This document shows positions 1-9,491 of a DNA stretch of 64,000 nt, piece by piece. The stretch lies in contig MTON01000022.1 of NCBI GenBank assembly GCA_002010665.1, positions 59,966 through 123,965 of the forward strand, in the 5' to 3' direction. Each line of letters opens with the position of its first letter. The first letter of the stretch is position 1. This DNA is from Candidatus Aminicenantes bacterium JdFR-78 (GTDB lineage Bacteria; Acidobacteriota; Aminicenantia; JdFR-78). Position numbers and translations under genes: made by a program. The notes below the pieces were generated by a model, which saw nothing but the letters and a program-made list of their open reading frames with translations, searched no databases and was not told the origin of the DNA.

Positions 1-80
1 CAGCAGCCCATATTATAGAAATATATATACTTTTTCTCACCGTATCCATTTTTCACCTCCACTTCATACGATTTTACTTC

Positions 81-866
81 TTAAATACGCGATTTTGTAG
101 TTTTTTGGAAATGCTTTTTTATAATTTTAATAGTAGGAGTAATAATCAATAGCTTGATCATCTTTCTTAATATAGCATTTCGTTTGATTATTTCTGCAAT
201 AAAAGGTGATATTTTGTAATAGTTTCTAATTAAGCATCTACCAATCGCTTTTTTAGACAAATGAAAGTCTCGAAATTGTTTTAAGAGTAAGACTTCAGGA
301 GCATACGAAGAACCATATACAGCGGTGGCAATAAAACACATTCCTCCTTTTTTCTCCTTTAATTTCTCAAGTTTTTTAGCAGCATCCATCCCAATAGGGT
401 CGTCTACACCCAATAGGTTAACTGCCTGTTCAAAATTTTCAATTGCCTTCTCCTTCTCTCCCCATACTTGATACAGTCCTCCTAAATAGTATCTCACAAA
501 TCCTTGAATCTCTTTATTTGAAGTAAGTCTTAGCGCTTCTTCATAGCAAGCAATAGCCTCTTTTTTATGGTGAGCAATTCTAGTTATAGGGAATGTTTTG
601 AGTTCGAGATAAATAGCATAAATTCTTCCTTTTACAGCGTTGAGAAAAGCCAATAACTCAGGATCGGAACCAATCTTCTTCTCAATAATCTTACAGTCCC
701 TCAGCATGTCCTCCGCATCTGCTTGGATTCTTCCACCTTCCTCAGATGATATAATTCCTTTTGTAATATCATCGGGACGAAGTGCAAACCATTTTATTTC
801 ATCGAGTTGCTTAGTTATATCCTCTAACATACTTTTTGCTATTTTAATGTTTTGCTCTTCCTTCAT
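81..866 (-). CDS. TPR-repeat protein with C-terminal CFIATAVYGS...LKQFRDF motif and Lys/Ile-rich hydrophobic tail
   Basis: 261-aa ORF; TPR-like helical repeats (AIACYEEALRL, YYLGGLYQVWGEKEKAIENFEQAV); C-terminal block GGMCFIATAVYGSSYAPEVLLLKQFRDFHL followed by a basic/hydrophobic tail resembling a C-terminal sorting-type motif. Confidence 0.6.
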   Translation of the reverse strand: MKEEQNIKIAKSMLEDITKQLDEIKWFALRPDDITKGIISSEEGGRIQADAEDMLRDCKIIEKKIGSDPELLAFLNAVKGRIYAIYLELKTFPITRIAHHKKEAIACYEEALRLTSNKEIQGFVRYYLGGLYQVWGEKEKAIENFEQAVNLLGVDDPIGMDAAKKLEKLKEKKGGMCFIATAVYGSSYAPEVLLLKQFRDFHLSKKAIGRCLIRNYYKISPFIAEIIKRNAILRKMIKLLIITPTIKIIKKHFQKTTKSRI

Positions 867-1004
867 ATTTCATCCCACCTTTTAATTAAATTTTTATTAT
901 AAAACCCTTATATATCCAGTTCCTTTACAATTTTTTCATCTACCTATGTCATTACATTTTAAACATTTCACTTTATTGACAATTCATATTCTTAATTAAA
1001 GATT

Positions 1005-1694
1005 TTAGTAACTCCTTCTCCCAAAATGAACTGCAAAAATTGTACAAAGTGTATCTGCTAATTCTGTAAGAACCTGTTTCTCATTTCCAATTATCGTATG
1101 TTGTCCCAACCATATTTTTCTTCCATCTTTTCCTCTGTAGCAAGCTAATTTAATGCCCAATTTATTTTCTGTAACAAAATCCCAATATCCTCCTTTCCTC
1201 AGAAAATATTCCTTCCACACTTTCCTTTTATAAGAGCCAGCTGCTGTAATTTCGCCAAATAAAACAACATCCACTTTTAAAATTCTTTTTAACTTCATTA
1301 AAAAACTTTTGTTAGCCACTCCTGTATTAAGATAATCCCCCAAAAAAACATTGAAATCATCAGATAATCCAGCAGAATCAATTTTTGCTTTTACATCCTG
1401 AGGAGAGATTATTGAATATTCAGGATGCTTTTCTCTGAATTTTTCGAGTAATTTATTATAAAGTGTCCATGAAATGTTTTCATCGAATTGGACAGCATTA
1501 CTGAATGGTAATAAAGCAATAATCCTTATTTTTGTTGTAGAAAATGCAGGATCGACCCATGCTTTTTGAATGGGAATTTGTTCGGGTAAAACTTTGGGTT
1601 TTGTTTCTTCAGGCAACGGAGGTAAACATGATAATACAAAAAATGTAGTAAAAATAATAATATAGCCATAAATTAAATGTTTTTTAATTATCAT
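1005..1694 (-). CDS. predicted lipoprotein, unknown function
   Basis: 229-aa ORF; N-terminal signal peptide ending in lipobox-like FFVLSC; no catalytic motifs recognised. Confidence 0.5.
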   Translation of the reverse strand: MIIKKHLIYGYIIIFTTFFVLSCLPPLPEETKPKVLPEQIPIQKAWVDPAFSTTKIRIIALLPFSNAVQFDENISWTLYNKLLEKFREKHPEYSIISPQDVKAKIDSAGLSDDFNVFLGDYLNTGVANKSFLMKLKRILKVDVVLFGEITAAGSYKRKVWKEYFLRKGGYWDFVTENKLGIKLACYRGKDGRKIWLGQHTIIGNEKQVLTELADTLCTIFAVHFGRRSY

Positions 1695-1737
1695 TTTTTC
1701 CTCCCCTTAGTGACTGAATTAATTATCTTGATTCACT

Positions 1738-2676
1738 TTAAAATCTGTAAATTACAGAGCCTATAACAATAAACATACTATCTTCCACCATATGGTACAT
1801 TGCAACTACTTCTAAGTTTCTATATGCAATTCCTCCACCAATTCTTGGACCTATTCTAAGTTCAGACCCTGTCTCTTTCCACCACCATACCGTGATCTCT
1901 AATATATCAAGATAAAGTCCTAATCCTCCTTGAGCAAATACAGTAATTGGCTTAATATTAAAATTAAACCTACAGTCACCTGCTCCTATTATTCGTGTCC
2001 ACGAAATATCTGCGTATCCAGCTTCTCTAAAGAAGATATGAGCTTCTAAACTTCCTAAAAGTTCCACATCAAACATGGGCTGACGAACAATTGTGTATCC
2101 ATTGCCTACACTTAATCCCAGTCCGAGTCTGAAAAGTTCTGCCCAGTCGCCTGATGGAAAAGAAAGCCCTAAGCCAGCTCTAAAAGATAATTTTCTCATA
2201 GGCTCTTTTTTGGGAATATAAGTTTTTTGAGGTTCATATTTTTCTCCCATTTCTTTAATTTTTGTTGGCTTTTTAACAGGTTCTTGTATTGGAGGAGTTA
2301 CCTCAGACGGTTTTTCCTCTTTAATCTGTGGAACTTTTGGAATTTCTTCTACTACTTCCACTACGCTCTCATGGATATATCCAGAGACAACAAATCCATA
2401 TTCATCAGGGGGTAAATTAACTCTATACCATTCGCCGAATTTTCCTTCTGATTCTAAAATTGCACCAAGAGGAACTTTTGAAATAATCTGACTGTTTAAT
2501 GAAGGCTTTAATCTAACATTAGCTTTATCCACTATTACTCGAACTTTTAAATTCCCCGCCTGAATTATTCCCCAAAAAAATAATAAAAAAACAAGCAATA
2601 AAGTGACGGAAATTGTTATCTGATTTGAATTTTTCTGTTTCATTTTTCCTCCCTCAATTTCACACTTACCCTCCAT
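1738..2676 (-). CDS. SH3b-domain protein with C-terminal outer-membrane beta-barrel-like region
   Basis: 312-aa ORF; N-terminal hydrophobic signal/anchor, SH3b-like segment (GEWYRVNLPPDEYGFVVSGYIHESV), Pro/Lys/Glu-rich linker, amphipathic beta-strand C-region ending VIYRF (aromatic C-terminus typical of OMPs). Confidence 0.5.
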   Translation of the reverse strand: MEGKCEIEGGKMKQKNSNQITISVTLLLVFLLFFWGIIQAGNLKVRVIVDKANVRLKPSLNSQIISKVPLGAILESEGKFGEWYRVNLPPDEYGFVVSGYIHESVVEVVEEIPKVPQIKEEKPSEVTPPIQEPVKKPTKIKEMGEKYEPQKTYIPKKEPMRKLSFRAGLGLSFPSGDWAELFRLGLGLSVGNGYTIVRQPMFDVELLGSLEAHIFFREAGYADISWTRIIGAGDCRFNFNIKPITVFAQGGLGLYLDILEITVWWWKETGSELRIGPRIGGGIAYRNLEVVAMYHMVEDSMFIVIGSVIYRF

Positions 2677-2775
2677 ATTAATGGACTTAAAAAAACTAAA
2701 TTTTTTCCCACTCTGGAAAAATTTTTTTTAAAAATTTTTAATTAATCGGAGTATAAAAAAGAAACTACTTAAAAG

Positions 2776-2925
2776 TTACCTCTCATCTGTAATTATTCCT
2801 CCTTTTTTAGTATAAAATTCGGCCATTGTTGACTCATATTCTTCTTCACCGGGTCTAGGAACAATTTTTTTCAATTCTTTTGTGTAGCCAGTCTGGATGT
2901 TTTTTAAAATAAACCTATCACTCAT
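2776..2925 (-). CDS. small ORF (49 aa) translationally coupled to upstream lipoprotein gene
   Basis: Not in the ORF track (<60 aa). Its ATG overlaps the TGA of the 2922-3302 gene as ATGA. Translation: MSDRFILKNIQTGYTKELKKIVPRPGEEEYESTMAEFYTKKGGIITDER. Confidence 0.3.
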   Translation of the reverse strand: MSDRFILKNIQTGYTKELKKIVPRPGEEEYESTMAEFYTKKGGIITDER

Positions 2926-3302
2926 AGATTGAGGAATACCCGCACTTGATTATTCGGCATTTTAATCACCTTCCTCCATCTCCTTGGATCCACAACATAA
3001 ATCCAGTTAGGCTTGTATTTCCTCCGCATATTAGTAGGAAGTTGTCTGATTATTCCTTTGAATTTCAATTCATTTATTTTAATTAAACTTATATGCCAAG
3101 TAGCCCCACCTTTTACCTGAAGAGATCCATATCGAGGATCACTATCTCTTACGTTGTTTATCTCTGTCCTTGTGTATGTCAATTCGTAATCATATAATTC
3201 AATTGTATCTGGCTCCTCTGGTCCAGTAACTCTGTTTTTACAATTCACCAAACCCCAGGCTACAACTAAAATTACCAAAGAGCAAAAAATAATTTTTCTC
3301 AT
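2922..3302 (-). CDS. small secreted lipoprotein, unknown function
   Basis: 126-aa ORF; signal peptide with lipobox-like WGLVNC. Confidence 0.5.
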   Translation of the reverse strand: MRKIIFCSLVILVVAWGLVNCKNRVTGPEEPDTIELYDYELTYTRTEINNVRDSDPRYGSLQVKGGATWHISLIKINELKFKGIIRQLPTNMRRKYKPNWIYVVDPRRWRKVIKMPNNQVRVFLNL

Positions 3303-3575
3303 TTTTTCACTTAATTAAATCTATAGATCAATGTGAATAAATTTTCTATTTGAATAAAAATTTAGAATTTTAATATTGCTTTTCACTATAGTAGACTCAA
3401 AAATAGTAAATTTTTTTCCTCTTTCGGTAATAAGATATATTTAACAAAGAAATCCAAAAATAAATTTGGAACTTATTTTACAAAATTAAATTTTCTGAGA
3501 TAATTATGGGTTGAAATGAATTTAAAATTTATCTATATTGATATTAAGCAGAAATTAATCTTAATCGATTTCTAA

Positions 3576-4121
3576 ATGGATCTAAAAAAATTTATTAAAA
3601 CTAAACAATTCGTTGAAGAAATTTCAAATTCTATAAAAGTTATACTTTTGAAGACCTTTCCTGAAATAACTCGAGAGGAAAAGGAAGATATAGCCCAAGA
3701 AGTTAAATTAAAAATTTGGAAAATGATTTCGAGTGGGAAAAAAATTAAGAATTTAAAGTCTTATTTATGGAAGGTTGTTTATACAACTGCTCTAGACATT
3801 ATAAAAGAGAGGGAAAATAAAGTGTCTCTGGAAAAGCTAATTGTAAATAACAAGTCAAATCCACTATCTCAATTTGAGATTATCACCTCTAAGTCAACCC
3901 TCAATAAAAAGGAATTAAAACTGATTATGCAAAAGGCAATAAATTCTCTTCCACAAAATAGAAGAGTAGTAATAAAACTTCACTTGGCAGGAATGAGTTT
4001 TGAAGAAATGGCTGAATTTTTAAAATGGAGTGAGAATAAAGTAAGACATTTGTATTATAGAGGGTTGAAAGATTTAAAGGAAAAATTGAAAGAATATGGA
4101 ATAACTAATTATGAATTTTGA
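3576..4121 (+). CDS. ECF-type RNA polymerase sigma-70 factor
   Basis: 181 aa; sigma-70 region 4 HTH (RRVVIKLHLAGMSFEEMAEFLKWSENKVRHLYYRGLKDLKEKL); followed 22 nt later by an anti-sigma gene. Confidence 0.75.
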   Translation: MDLKKFIKTKQFVEEISNSIKVILLKTFPEITREEKEDIAQEVKLKIWKMISSGKKIKNLKSYLWKVVYTTALDIIKERENKVSLEKLIVNNKSNPLSQFEIITSKSTLNKKELKLIMQKAINSLPQNRRVVIKLHLAGMSFEEMAEFLKWSENKVRHLYYRGLKDLKEKLKEYGITNYEF

Positions 4122-4142
4122 GTTTTTAATTTTTAATTTCGA

Positions 4143-4853
4143 ATGAAGGAGTTGATAATGGGATTATTTAATAGAAATTTAGAAAATAAGTGTCTTGATA
4201 AGGATGTTTTTATCAAAACATTCTTAGATGAAATCAGTGTGGATGAGAAAGAAAAATTGATTGACCATGTCTTAACCTGTGAAAAATGCAGACATAAATT
4301 TAAAATTATGAAAGAGTTAATGAATGAACTTGCTAAAATACGAGGTGATTTAGAAAATATAGAACTTTCCCAAAATGAGATCAAACAATTTAGAAAATTA
4401 GCCAAGGAGAGGATAGGAGAAATTCAAAAAAGGGAGAGAAGAACTATTCTCAATTTTATGCCAATTAAAAATGCTTTAATTTTTACTGGTCTGATAATAA
4501 TGATTTTAGGTACATATCTTTTGGTTTCACGATTTCATCAAAAGGAAGTTTATAGGGAAGCAGGAACAAAGCAGTTAGAATTACTTGAGCCTATAGGAAG
4601 AATATCAAAATCTCCTGTGGCTTTTATATGGACCTATTTGGAAGAAGCAGAAGGAGGACATTACAAATTCAAGTTGATTGATGACGAACTAAATACAATA
4701 TGGGAAACAGGAACAAAAACTAATAGATTGACTCTCCCTGAAAATGTTAGGAAAAAATTAAAGAAAGGTAGAATTTACATCTGGAAAGTAGAAGCTTATA
4801 GTGATGATGGGCGAAAAATAGATTCAAAATCCAACTATTTTGAGATAAAGTAA
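4143..4853 (+). CDS. ZAS-type (HxxxCxxC) single-pass anti-sigma factor
   Basis: 236 aa; N-terminal HVLTCEKC zinc motif; one TM helix (LIFTGLIIMILGTYLLV); extracytoplasmic C-domain ending RIYIWKVEA...; gene position immediately after the ECF sigma. Confidence 0.65.
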   Translation: MKELIMGLFNRNLENKCLDKDVFIKTFLDEISVDEKEKLIDHVLTCEKCRHKFKIMKELMNELAKIRGDLENIELSQNEIKQFRKLAKERIGEIQKRERRTILNFMPIKNALIFTGLIIMILGTYLLVSRFHQKEVYREAGTKQLELLEPIGRISKSPVAFIWTYLEEAEGGHYKFKLIDDELNTIWETGTKTNRLTLPENVRKKLKKGRIYIWKVEAYSDDGRKIDSKSNYFEIK

Positions 4854-4865
4854 ATTAAAATAATG

Positions 4866-7454
4866 TTAAAAATGGAATAATTTTTCTAAAAAAGAGGGCT
4901 TTGATATTTTGATTGAAGAATTATAATCGCCGATTAGAATAAAGGGTGCCCAATAATAAGGGTGCTTATATCTTGAATTTAGCATTTTTAATTTAGTTTG
5001 TCTTAAAGCCTGTGTCTTTGTTTTACCTTGAGCTAAATATTGATAGAAATATTTCATAAATTTTACAGTTGATTTATCATTAACATTCCATAAGCTTGAT
5101 ATAACTGATTTTGCTCCTGCACAAAGGAAAGCACGAGACATTCCAATTATTCCTTCGCCCTTTTCTAATTTTCCTTTAGCTGTCTGACAAGCGGAAAGAA
5201 CAACCAAATCTGCATTTAATCTTAAATTATAAATTTCTCTGACCTGAAGAAGCCCATCTTCACCAAATTCTTTTTCTTTAGAAAATACTAAGGCTGACCT
5301 CCACCAGTTTTCATTATCCAGCAAACCATGTGTAGCAATATGGATTATTTTAAAATCATTTAATTTTAATTTTTTTATATTTGTTTCTGTAGCGTTTTCT
5401 TTTAAGAATAATTTTTGAAGGTCTTTCTTGAAAAATCGTGAAATTGATTTGATCTCTTTATAAGCAAAAGAAAGCGGAAAAAATTTAAATTTTTTAATGT
5501 AATACTGTTTGTAATATAAGCTTAAATCACCAGTAATAAGTTGAGTATTCTTTGAGAGTAAAGGTGAACCCATTGCTAATAACTCTTTTTCTCTCTTCTT
5601 ATCAAATTTTCTCTCTAAAAGGCGAGTTAAAGAAGAAGCTGAATAGGCGTAGGATATTTCATATTCTTCAATCAAAAATTTTGAGTTTTGATTTTTGAAT
5701 TTTGATGGAATAAAGGTTTCAAAAGGCAAGTAATATAAATTTTTATCTGGAATAATGATTATTTTTTGTATTTTATTTAAATAATTTTCAAAAGGCTCAA
5801 TAAGCAATTTATATAATTTTCTTCCGCCCTTTATTCCTTTGAATTCTTTTGTTTCTTTAACAATTAAAAAATTAATATAATTATTAATCATTTCAATAAG
5901 GGAAAAAGGTTCAATTAAACGTGCCATATATACATTCTTTTTGGTTAATAAAAGAGCAAATGAGTAATTTTCACCTATAAGGTATTCGAGAAGTGCTGTA
6001 TTATTGCCCAGTAATTTTTTTTGAATTTGTTCTAATTTAAAAGGTTTAGAAGGCAAAAGATCGCGGAATAATAAATTTTTTCTTTTTATTTTAATTATTA
6101 AACTTTTATATTTTTCTTCTTTTTGTCTGAGTTCTTTTAAAAGCCTCTTTCTTTGCTCAGAGGGAAGTTCTCTTTGCAGTTTATTTATAATTAGAGAAAT
6201 TTCCTGAGAAATTTTATCTCTGAGTTTTTGATATTTATAATTTAAATTTTTCTTAATTACTATCTCTGCTTCTTGTAAGCTATCAAGAAATGCTCTTGCT
6301 TTTGTCCTTTCTACTAAATAAAAAGCTTTTTTAATGTAATTTTTCTTAGAATTTTTCTTATAAAGTTTAAATAGCAAATTTATTGCTAATTCATAAATTT
6401 GCAATTTATCTTTTAAAAATCCAGATTTATATTCCGCTAAAGGCAATTTTTTTCGGATTTTTTCAATTATTTCTATCGCTCTATTACAAAAATCAAGAGC
6501 TTCTAAAAATTTTCCCATATTTTTATAGATTAATGCTAATCCATAATATGAATGTAAAATAATTTCCTTAGAATTTGTTTTTTTCCCAATAATAAGAGCT
6601 ATTTTATAAAATCCTTCTGCCTTTGAATAATTCTTTAATTTAAAATAGATGTCTCCTACAATATTAAAAGTTAATCCTTCAACTGCACTATTGCGTTTTG
6701 AATTATTTTGATTATTTATTTTTGATATCATCAAAGGGTCAATTTGATTGTCATATACCAAAGAGTCAAGTATAAAAACATCAGGACTTAAATTAATTTC
6801 ATTTGTCCTTGGAGGTAACTGTGGTGTAGAGCTTTTTATAATTATTTTTTTACAATTCCATATTTTTGTTTTTCTAACATTGAAGTAAAAATGATTTGAC
6901 CCAGAAAAAGCAGTTGAACAATTTGTTATTAAAGATTCCTCAATTTCCAATCCAAAGGCATCATTTGTACTAAAAGCGCTTGAACAATTGTCAATAATAA
7001 CATTATATAAATAACCCCGTCCGATATTTTTAAAAGCATCATTTATTGAGATTGCAGCTCTTTGCATATTTAAAATAGCTAAGTCATGAGCAATCCATTT
7101 AACATCCGGACTGAATCTTTGAAGTATTCCTATCCCAGCATTTTTTAAAATAAATCCTTGGATTTCTGCTTCAGCTTTGACTATGAATATAGCACTCCGT
7201 TGATCTCCAGAACCGTCTAACACTGCACCATACAAATTTTTAGATCTTAAAATAATTTTTTTATTAATTATTATATTTCTTTCAAAATAAAACCCGTCAT
7301 CTACTTCTATTATGTCTCCATGTTGGGAAACTTTTATAGCCCCTTTTATGGTCGGATAATTATGGGGTACATTTATGATGGTAGAGTAAAGGAATGAAAC
7401 CGAAATTATCATTATAACAATTATTATAATTATTGAGATTAATAAACCCTTCAC
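4866..7454 (-). CDS. membrane-anchored beta-helix / TPR / CHAT-domain (caspase-like) protein
   Basis: 862 aa (GTG start); N-terminal TM anchor; parallel beta-helix-like repeats (KGAIKVSQHGDIIEVDDGFYFERNIIINKKIILRS); central TPR-like repeats; C-terminal CHAT domain with His/Cys dyad context (HIATHGLLD ... LVVLSACQTAKG). Confidence 0.75.
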   Translation of the reverse strand: MKGLLISIIIIIVIMIISVSFLYSTIINVPHNYPTIKGAIKVSQHGDIIEVDDGFYFERNIIINKKIILRSKNLYGAVLDGSGDQRSAIFIVKAEAEIQGFILKNAGIGILQRFSPDVKWIAHDLAILNMQRAAISINDAFKNIGRGYLYNVIIDNCSSAFSTNDAFGLEIEESLITNCSTAFSGSNHFYFNVRKTKIWNCKKIIIKSSTPQLPPRTNEINLSPDVFILDSLVYDNQIDPLMISKINNQNNSKRNSAVEGLTFNIVGDIYFKLKNYSKAEGFYKIALIIGKKTNSKEIILHSYYGLALIYKNMGKFLEALDFCNRAIEIIEKIRKKLPLAEYKSGFLKDKLQIYELAINLLFKLYKKNSKKNYIKKAFYLVERTKARAFLDSLQEAEIVIKKNLNYKYQKLRDKISQEISLIINKLQRELPSEQRKRLLKELRQKEEKYKSLIIKIKRKNLLFRDLLPSKPFKLEQIQKKLLGNNTALLEYLIGENYSFALLLTKKNVYMARLIEPFSLIEMINNYINFLIVKETKEFKGIKGGRKLYKLLIEPFENYLNKIQKIIIIPDKNLYYLPFETFIPSKFKNQNSKFLIEEYEISYAYSASSLTRLLERKFDKKREKELLAMGSPLLSKNTQLITGDLSLYYKQYYIKKFKFFPLSFAYKEIKSISRFFKKDLQKLFLKENATETNIKKLKLNDFKIIHIATHGLLDNENWWRSALVFSKEKEFGEDGLLQVREIYNLRLNADLVVLSACQTAKGKLEKGEGIIGMSRAFLCAGAKSVISSLWNVNDKSTVKFMKYFYQYLAQGKTKTQALRQTKLKMLNSRYKHPYYWAPFILIGDYNSSIKISKPSFLEKLFHF

Positions 7455-7586
7455 CTTTCTCTTATTATTTATTTGATTTCTTTTACTGTGTCAAGCATTT
7501 TAGTTCTATTATTTAATTCGATATAAAAGTAAATTTTTCTTGACATTTAAGGTTAAATTGATTATTGGTAACAGGGAGGAGGAAAA

Positions 7587-8861
7587 ATGATGAGAAAAAT
7601 TGGGAAAAAAATTCTTTATTTATTAATTGGGTTATGTGCTTTAACTTCATTAAATTTTGGTTCAGGTTTTTTAATTTATGAATTTGGAACTGCAGCCACA
7701 GCTCAAGCGGGTGCTTTTGTTGCACGCGCCTATGATCCATCCGCTATTTTCTATAATCCTGCTGGTCTTGGCTGGCTCACAGGAACTCAGGTATCGTTTG
7801 GAACCACTTTAATCCTGCCCTCAAATTCTGTAACTCTTCCATACTATCCTGATCCAACCTGGCAAAGTGTTGATGGAGAAAAACAAGTTTTTTATCCTTC
7901 TCATGTTTATCTCACGCACCAATTAAACGACAAAATAGTATTTGGAATAGGCGTACATTCTCCCTATGGACTTGGAACAAAATGGCCAAAGGATTTTCCA
8001 TTGAGATTTATCGCCTATTATACAAATATGAAAAGCTTCTTCATTAATCCAACTATTGCATATAAGGTGAATGAGAAATTCTCAATTGGATTTGGTTTGA
8101 GTTACATTTATTCTGATATAACAATTAGAAGAAAAAGTATAGCAGACTTATCAATGTATGGAGGACCTTCTTCATTTGAGTTTGGAATTGAATTAAAAGG
8201 GAAAGAAACATCAGCCTTTGGTGTTAATTTTGGAATTCTCTATAAGGAAGAAAAATGGTCAGTGGGTCTTGCTTATAGAAGTAGAGCAACCCTTGGATTT
8301 GAAGGAAATATAAATTATGAACTTCCTTATCAATTACCACCTCCTCTAAATTTAGCATTCACTGAAATGGAAGGTTCTGCTGATATGCCTCTGCCGGACA
8401 TAATCACTGGTGGAGTAGCTTTCAAACCAACTGACGGATTAGAAGTTGAAGTTGATGTTCAATACACTATCTGGTCTGTTTACGATAAACTCGAGATTTA
8501 CGGAGATGGAGAAAAACTCGATGAAGTAGAAGAGAACTGGAAAGATTCAATCATTTTCAGAGTTGGTGCAGAATATATGCTCAATGAGAAGGTTGCTTTA
8601 AGATTCGGCTATCTGTATGACCAGACTCCCCAACCAGTTGAAACAATGGACCCCATGCTCCCTGATGCAGATCGTCATGGCTTTACAGCAGGAATCGGAT
8701 ATAAAATGAATAACTTGATAATAGATTTTGCCTACTATTATGAGCTCTTTAAAGATAGAGAGTGCCCGAATAGAAACATATACTTCCCATTCAATTGGGC
8801 CACAGGGACCTATTCTACTTCTGCACATTTGATTGGAATTACCTTTACTTATAAATTTTAA
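7587..8861 (+). CDS. outer-membrane transport protein, FadL/OmpP1/TodX family
   Basis: 424 aa; signal peptide; family N-terminal signature YEFGTAATAQAGAFVARAYDPSAIFYNPAGL; C-terminal ...TFTYKF. Confidence 0.75.
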   Translation: MMRKIGKKILYLLIGLCALTSLNFGSGFLIYEFGTAATAQAGAFVARAYDPSAIFYNPAGLGWLTGTQVSFGTTLILPSNSVTLPYYPDPTWQSVDGEKQVFYPSHVYLTHQLNDKIVFGIGVHSPYGLGTKWPKDFPLRFIAYYTNMKSFFINPTIAYKVNEKFSIGFGLSYIYSDITIRRKSIADLSMYGGPSSFEFGIELKGKETSAFGVNFGILYKEEKWSVGLAYRSRATLGFEGNINYELPYQLPPPLNLAFTEMEGSADMPLPDIITGGVAFKPTDGLEVEVDVQYTIWSVYDKLEIYGDGEKLDEVEENWKDSIIFRVGAEYMLNEKVALRFGYLYDQTPQPVETMDPMLPDADRHGFTAGIGYKMNNLIIDFAYYYELFKDRECPNRNIYFPFNWATGTYSTSAHLIGITFTYKF

Positions 8862-8906
8862 ACTAATCTTAAAAAATTTATTGATTTGAACTTAAAAACA
8901 TAAAAA

Positions 8907-9491
8907 TTGATATTTTTGTATGAGAAGTTTATTGATCCCCTTTTAAGTGATATAAGAAAGAAAATCTATGAGATAATAGATAAGTCATCCACAGTAATTG
9001 ATATTGGTTTTGGAACAGGTGCTCTTGCATTTGAATTAGCGGATAAATGCAAAAAAGTAGTAGGTATTGAAACTTCAGAAAAATTAGTAAAACACGCTTC
9101 TTCTCTAAAGGAAAAGAAAGGAATCAATAATGTAGAATTTTTTCTTTCAAATCAAACTAAAAGTAAATTACCAGTAAAAAAATTTGATTATAGTGTATCA
9201 TCCATGGTCCTTCATACAATTTGTGAAGAAGAAAGAATCCCTTTTTTAAATAGGATTAAATCTTTTGCCATAAAAATAATTCTTGTAGATTATGAAATCC
9301 CTCTTCCTAAAAATTCAACCAGTATTACAATAAAAACGATAGAATTTATTGCAGGAAGGAGACATTTTTTAAATTTTAAATCCTTTATTAAAAATGGGGG
9401 CTTATATCCTCTTATTGAAGAAACTGGCTTAAAAATTGAAGAAAAATATTTTTTTATGAATGGAGCTATAGTGCTATTAAAGATTGGCTAA
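8907..9491 (+). CDS. class I SAM-dependent methyltransferase
   Basis: 194 aa; motif I VIDIGFGTGALAFELA; acidic motif II VVGIETSE. Confidence 0.65.
   Translation: MIFLYEKFIDPLLSDIRKKIYEIIDKSSTVIDIGFGTGALAFELADKCKKVVGIETSEKLVKHASSLKEKKGINNVEFFLSNQTKSKLPVKKFDYSVSSMVLHTICEEERIPFLNRIKSFAIKIILVDYEIPLPKNSTSITIKTIEFIAGRRHFLNFKSFIKNGGLYPLIEETGLKIEEKYFFMNGAIVLLKIG

Noticed and set aside
2227-2415. Short ORFs in the track that lie antisense inside larger genes (e.g. 640-885, 2227-2415, 4133-4405, 8598-8828, 13190-13615, 24323-24571, 34512-34787, 43513-44505, 49832-50197, 59018-59473)
   Set aside because: Each is fully embedded in a longer ORF with clear family motifs on the opposite strand. They have low-complexity composition and no SD or start context, so they are treated as spurious.
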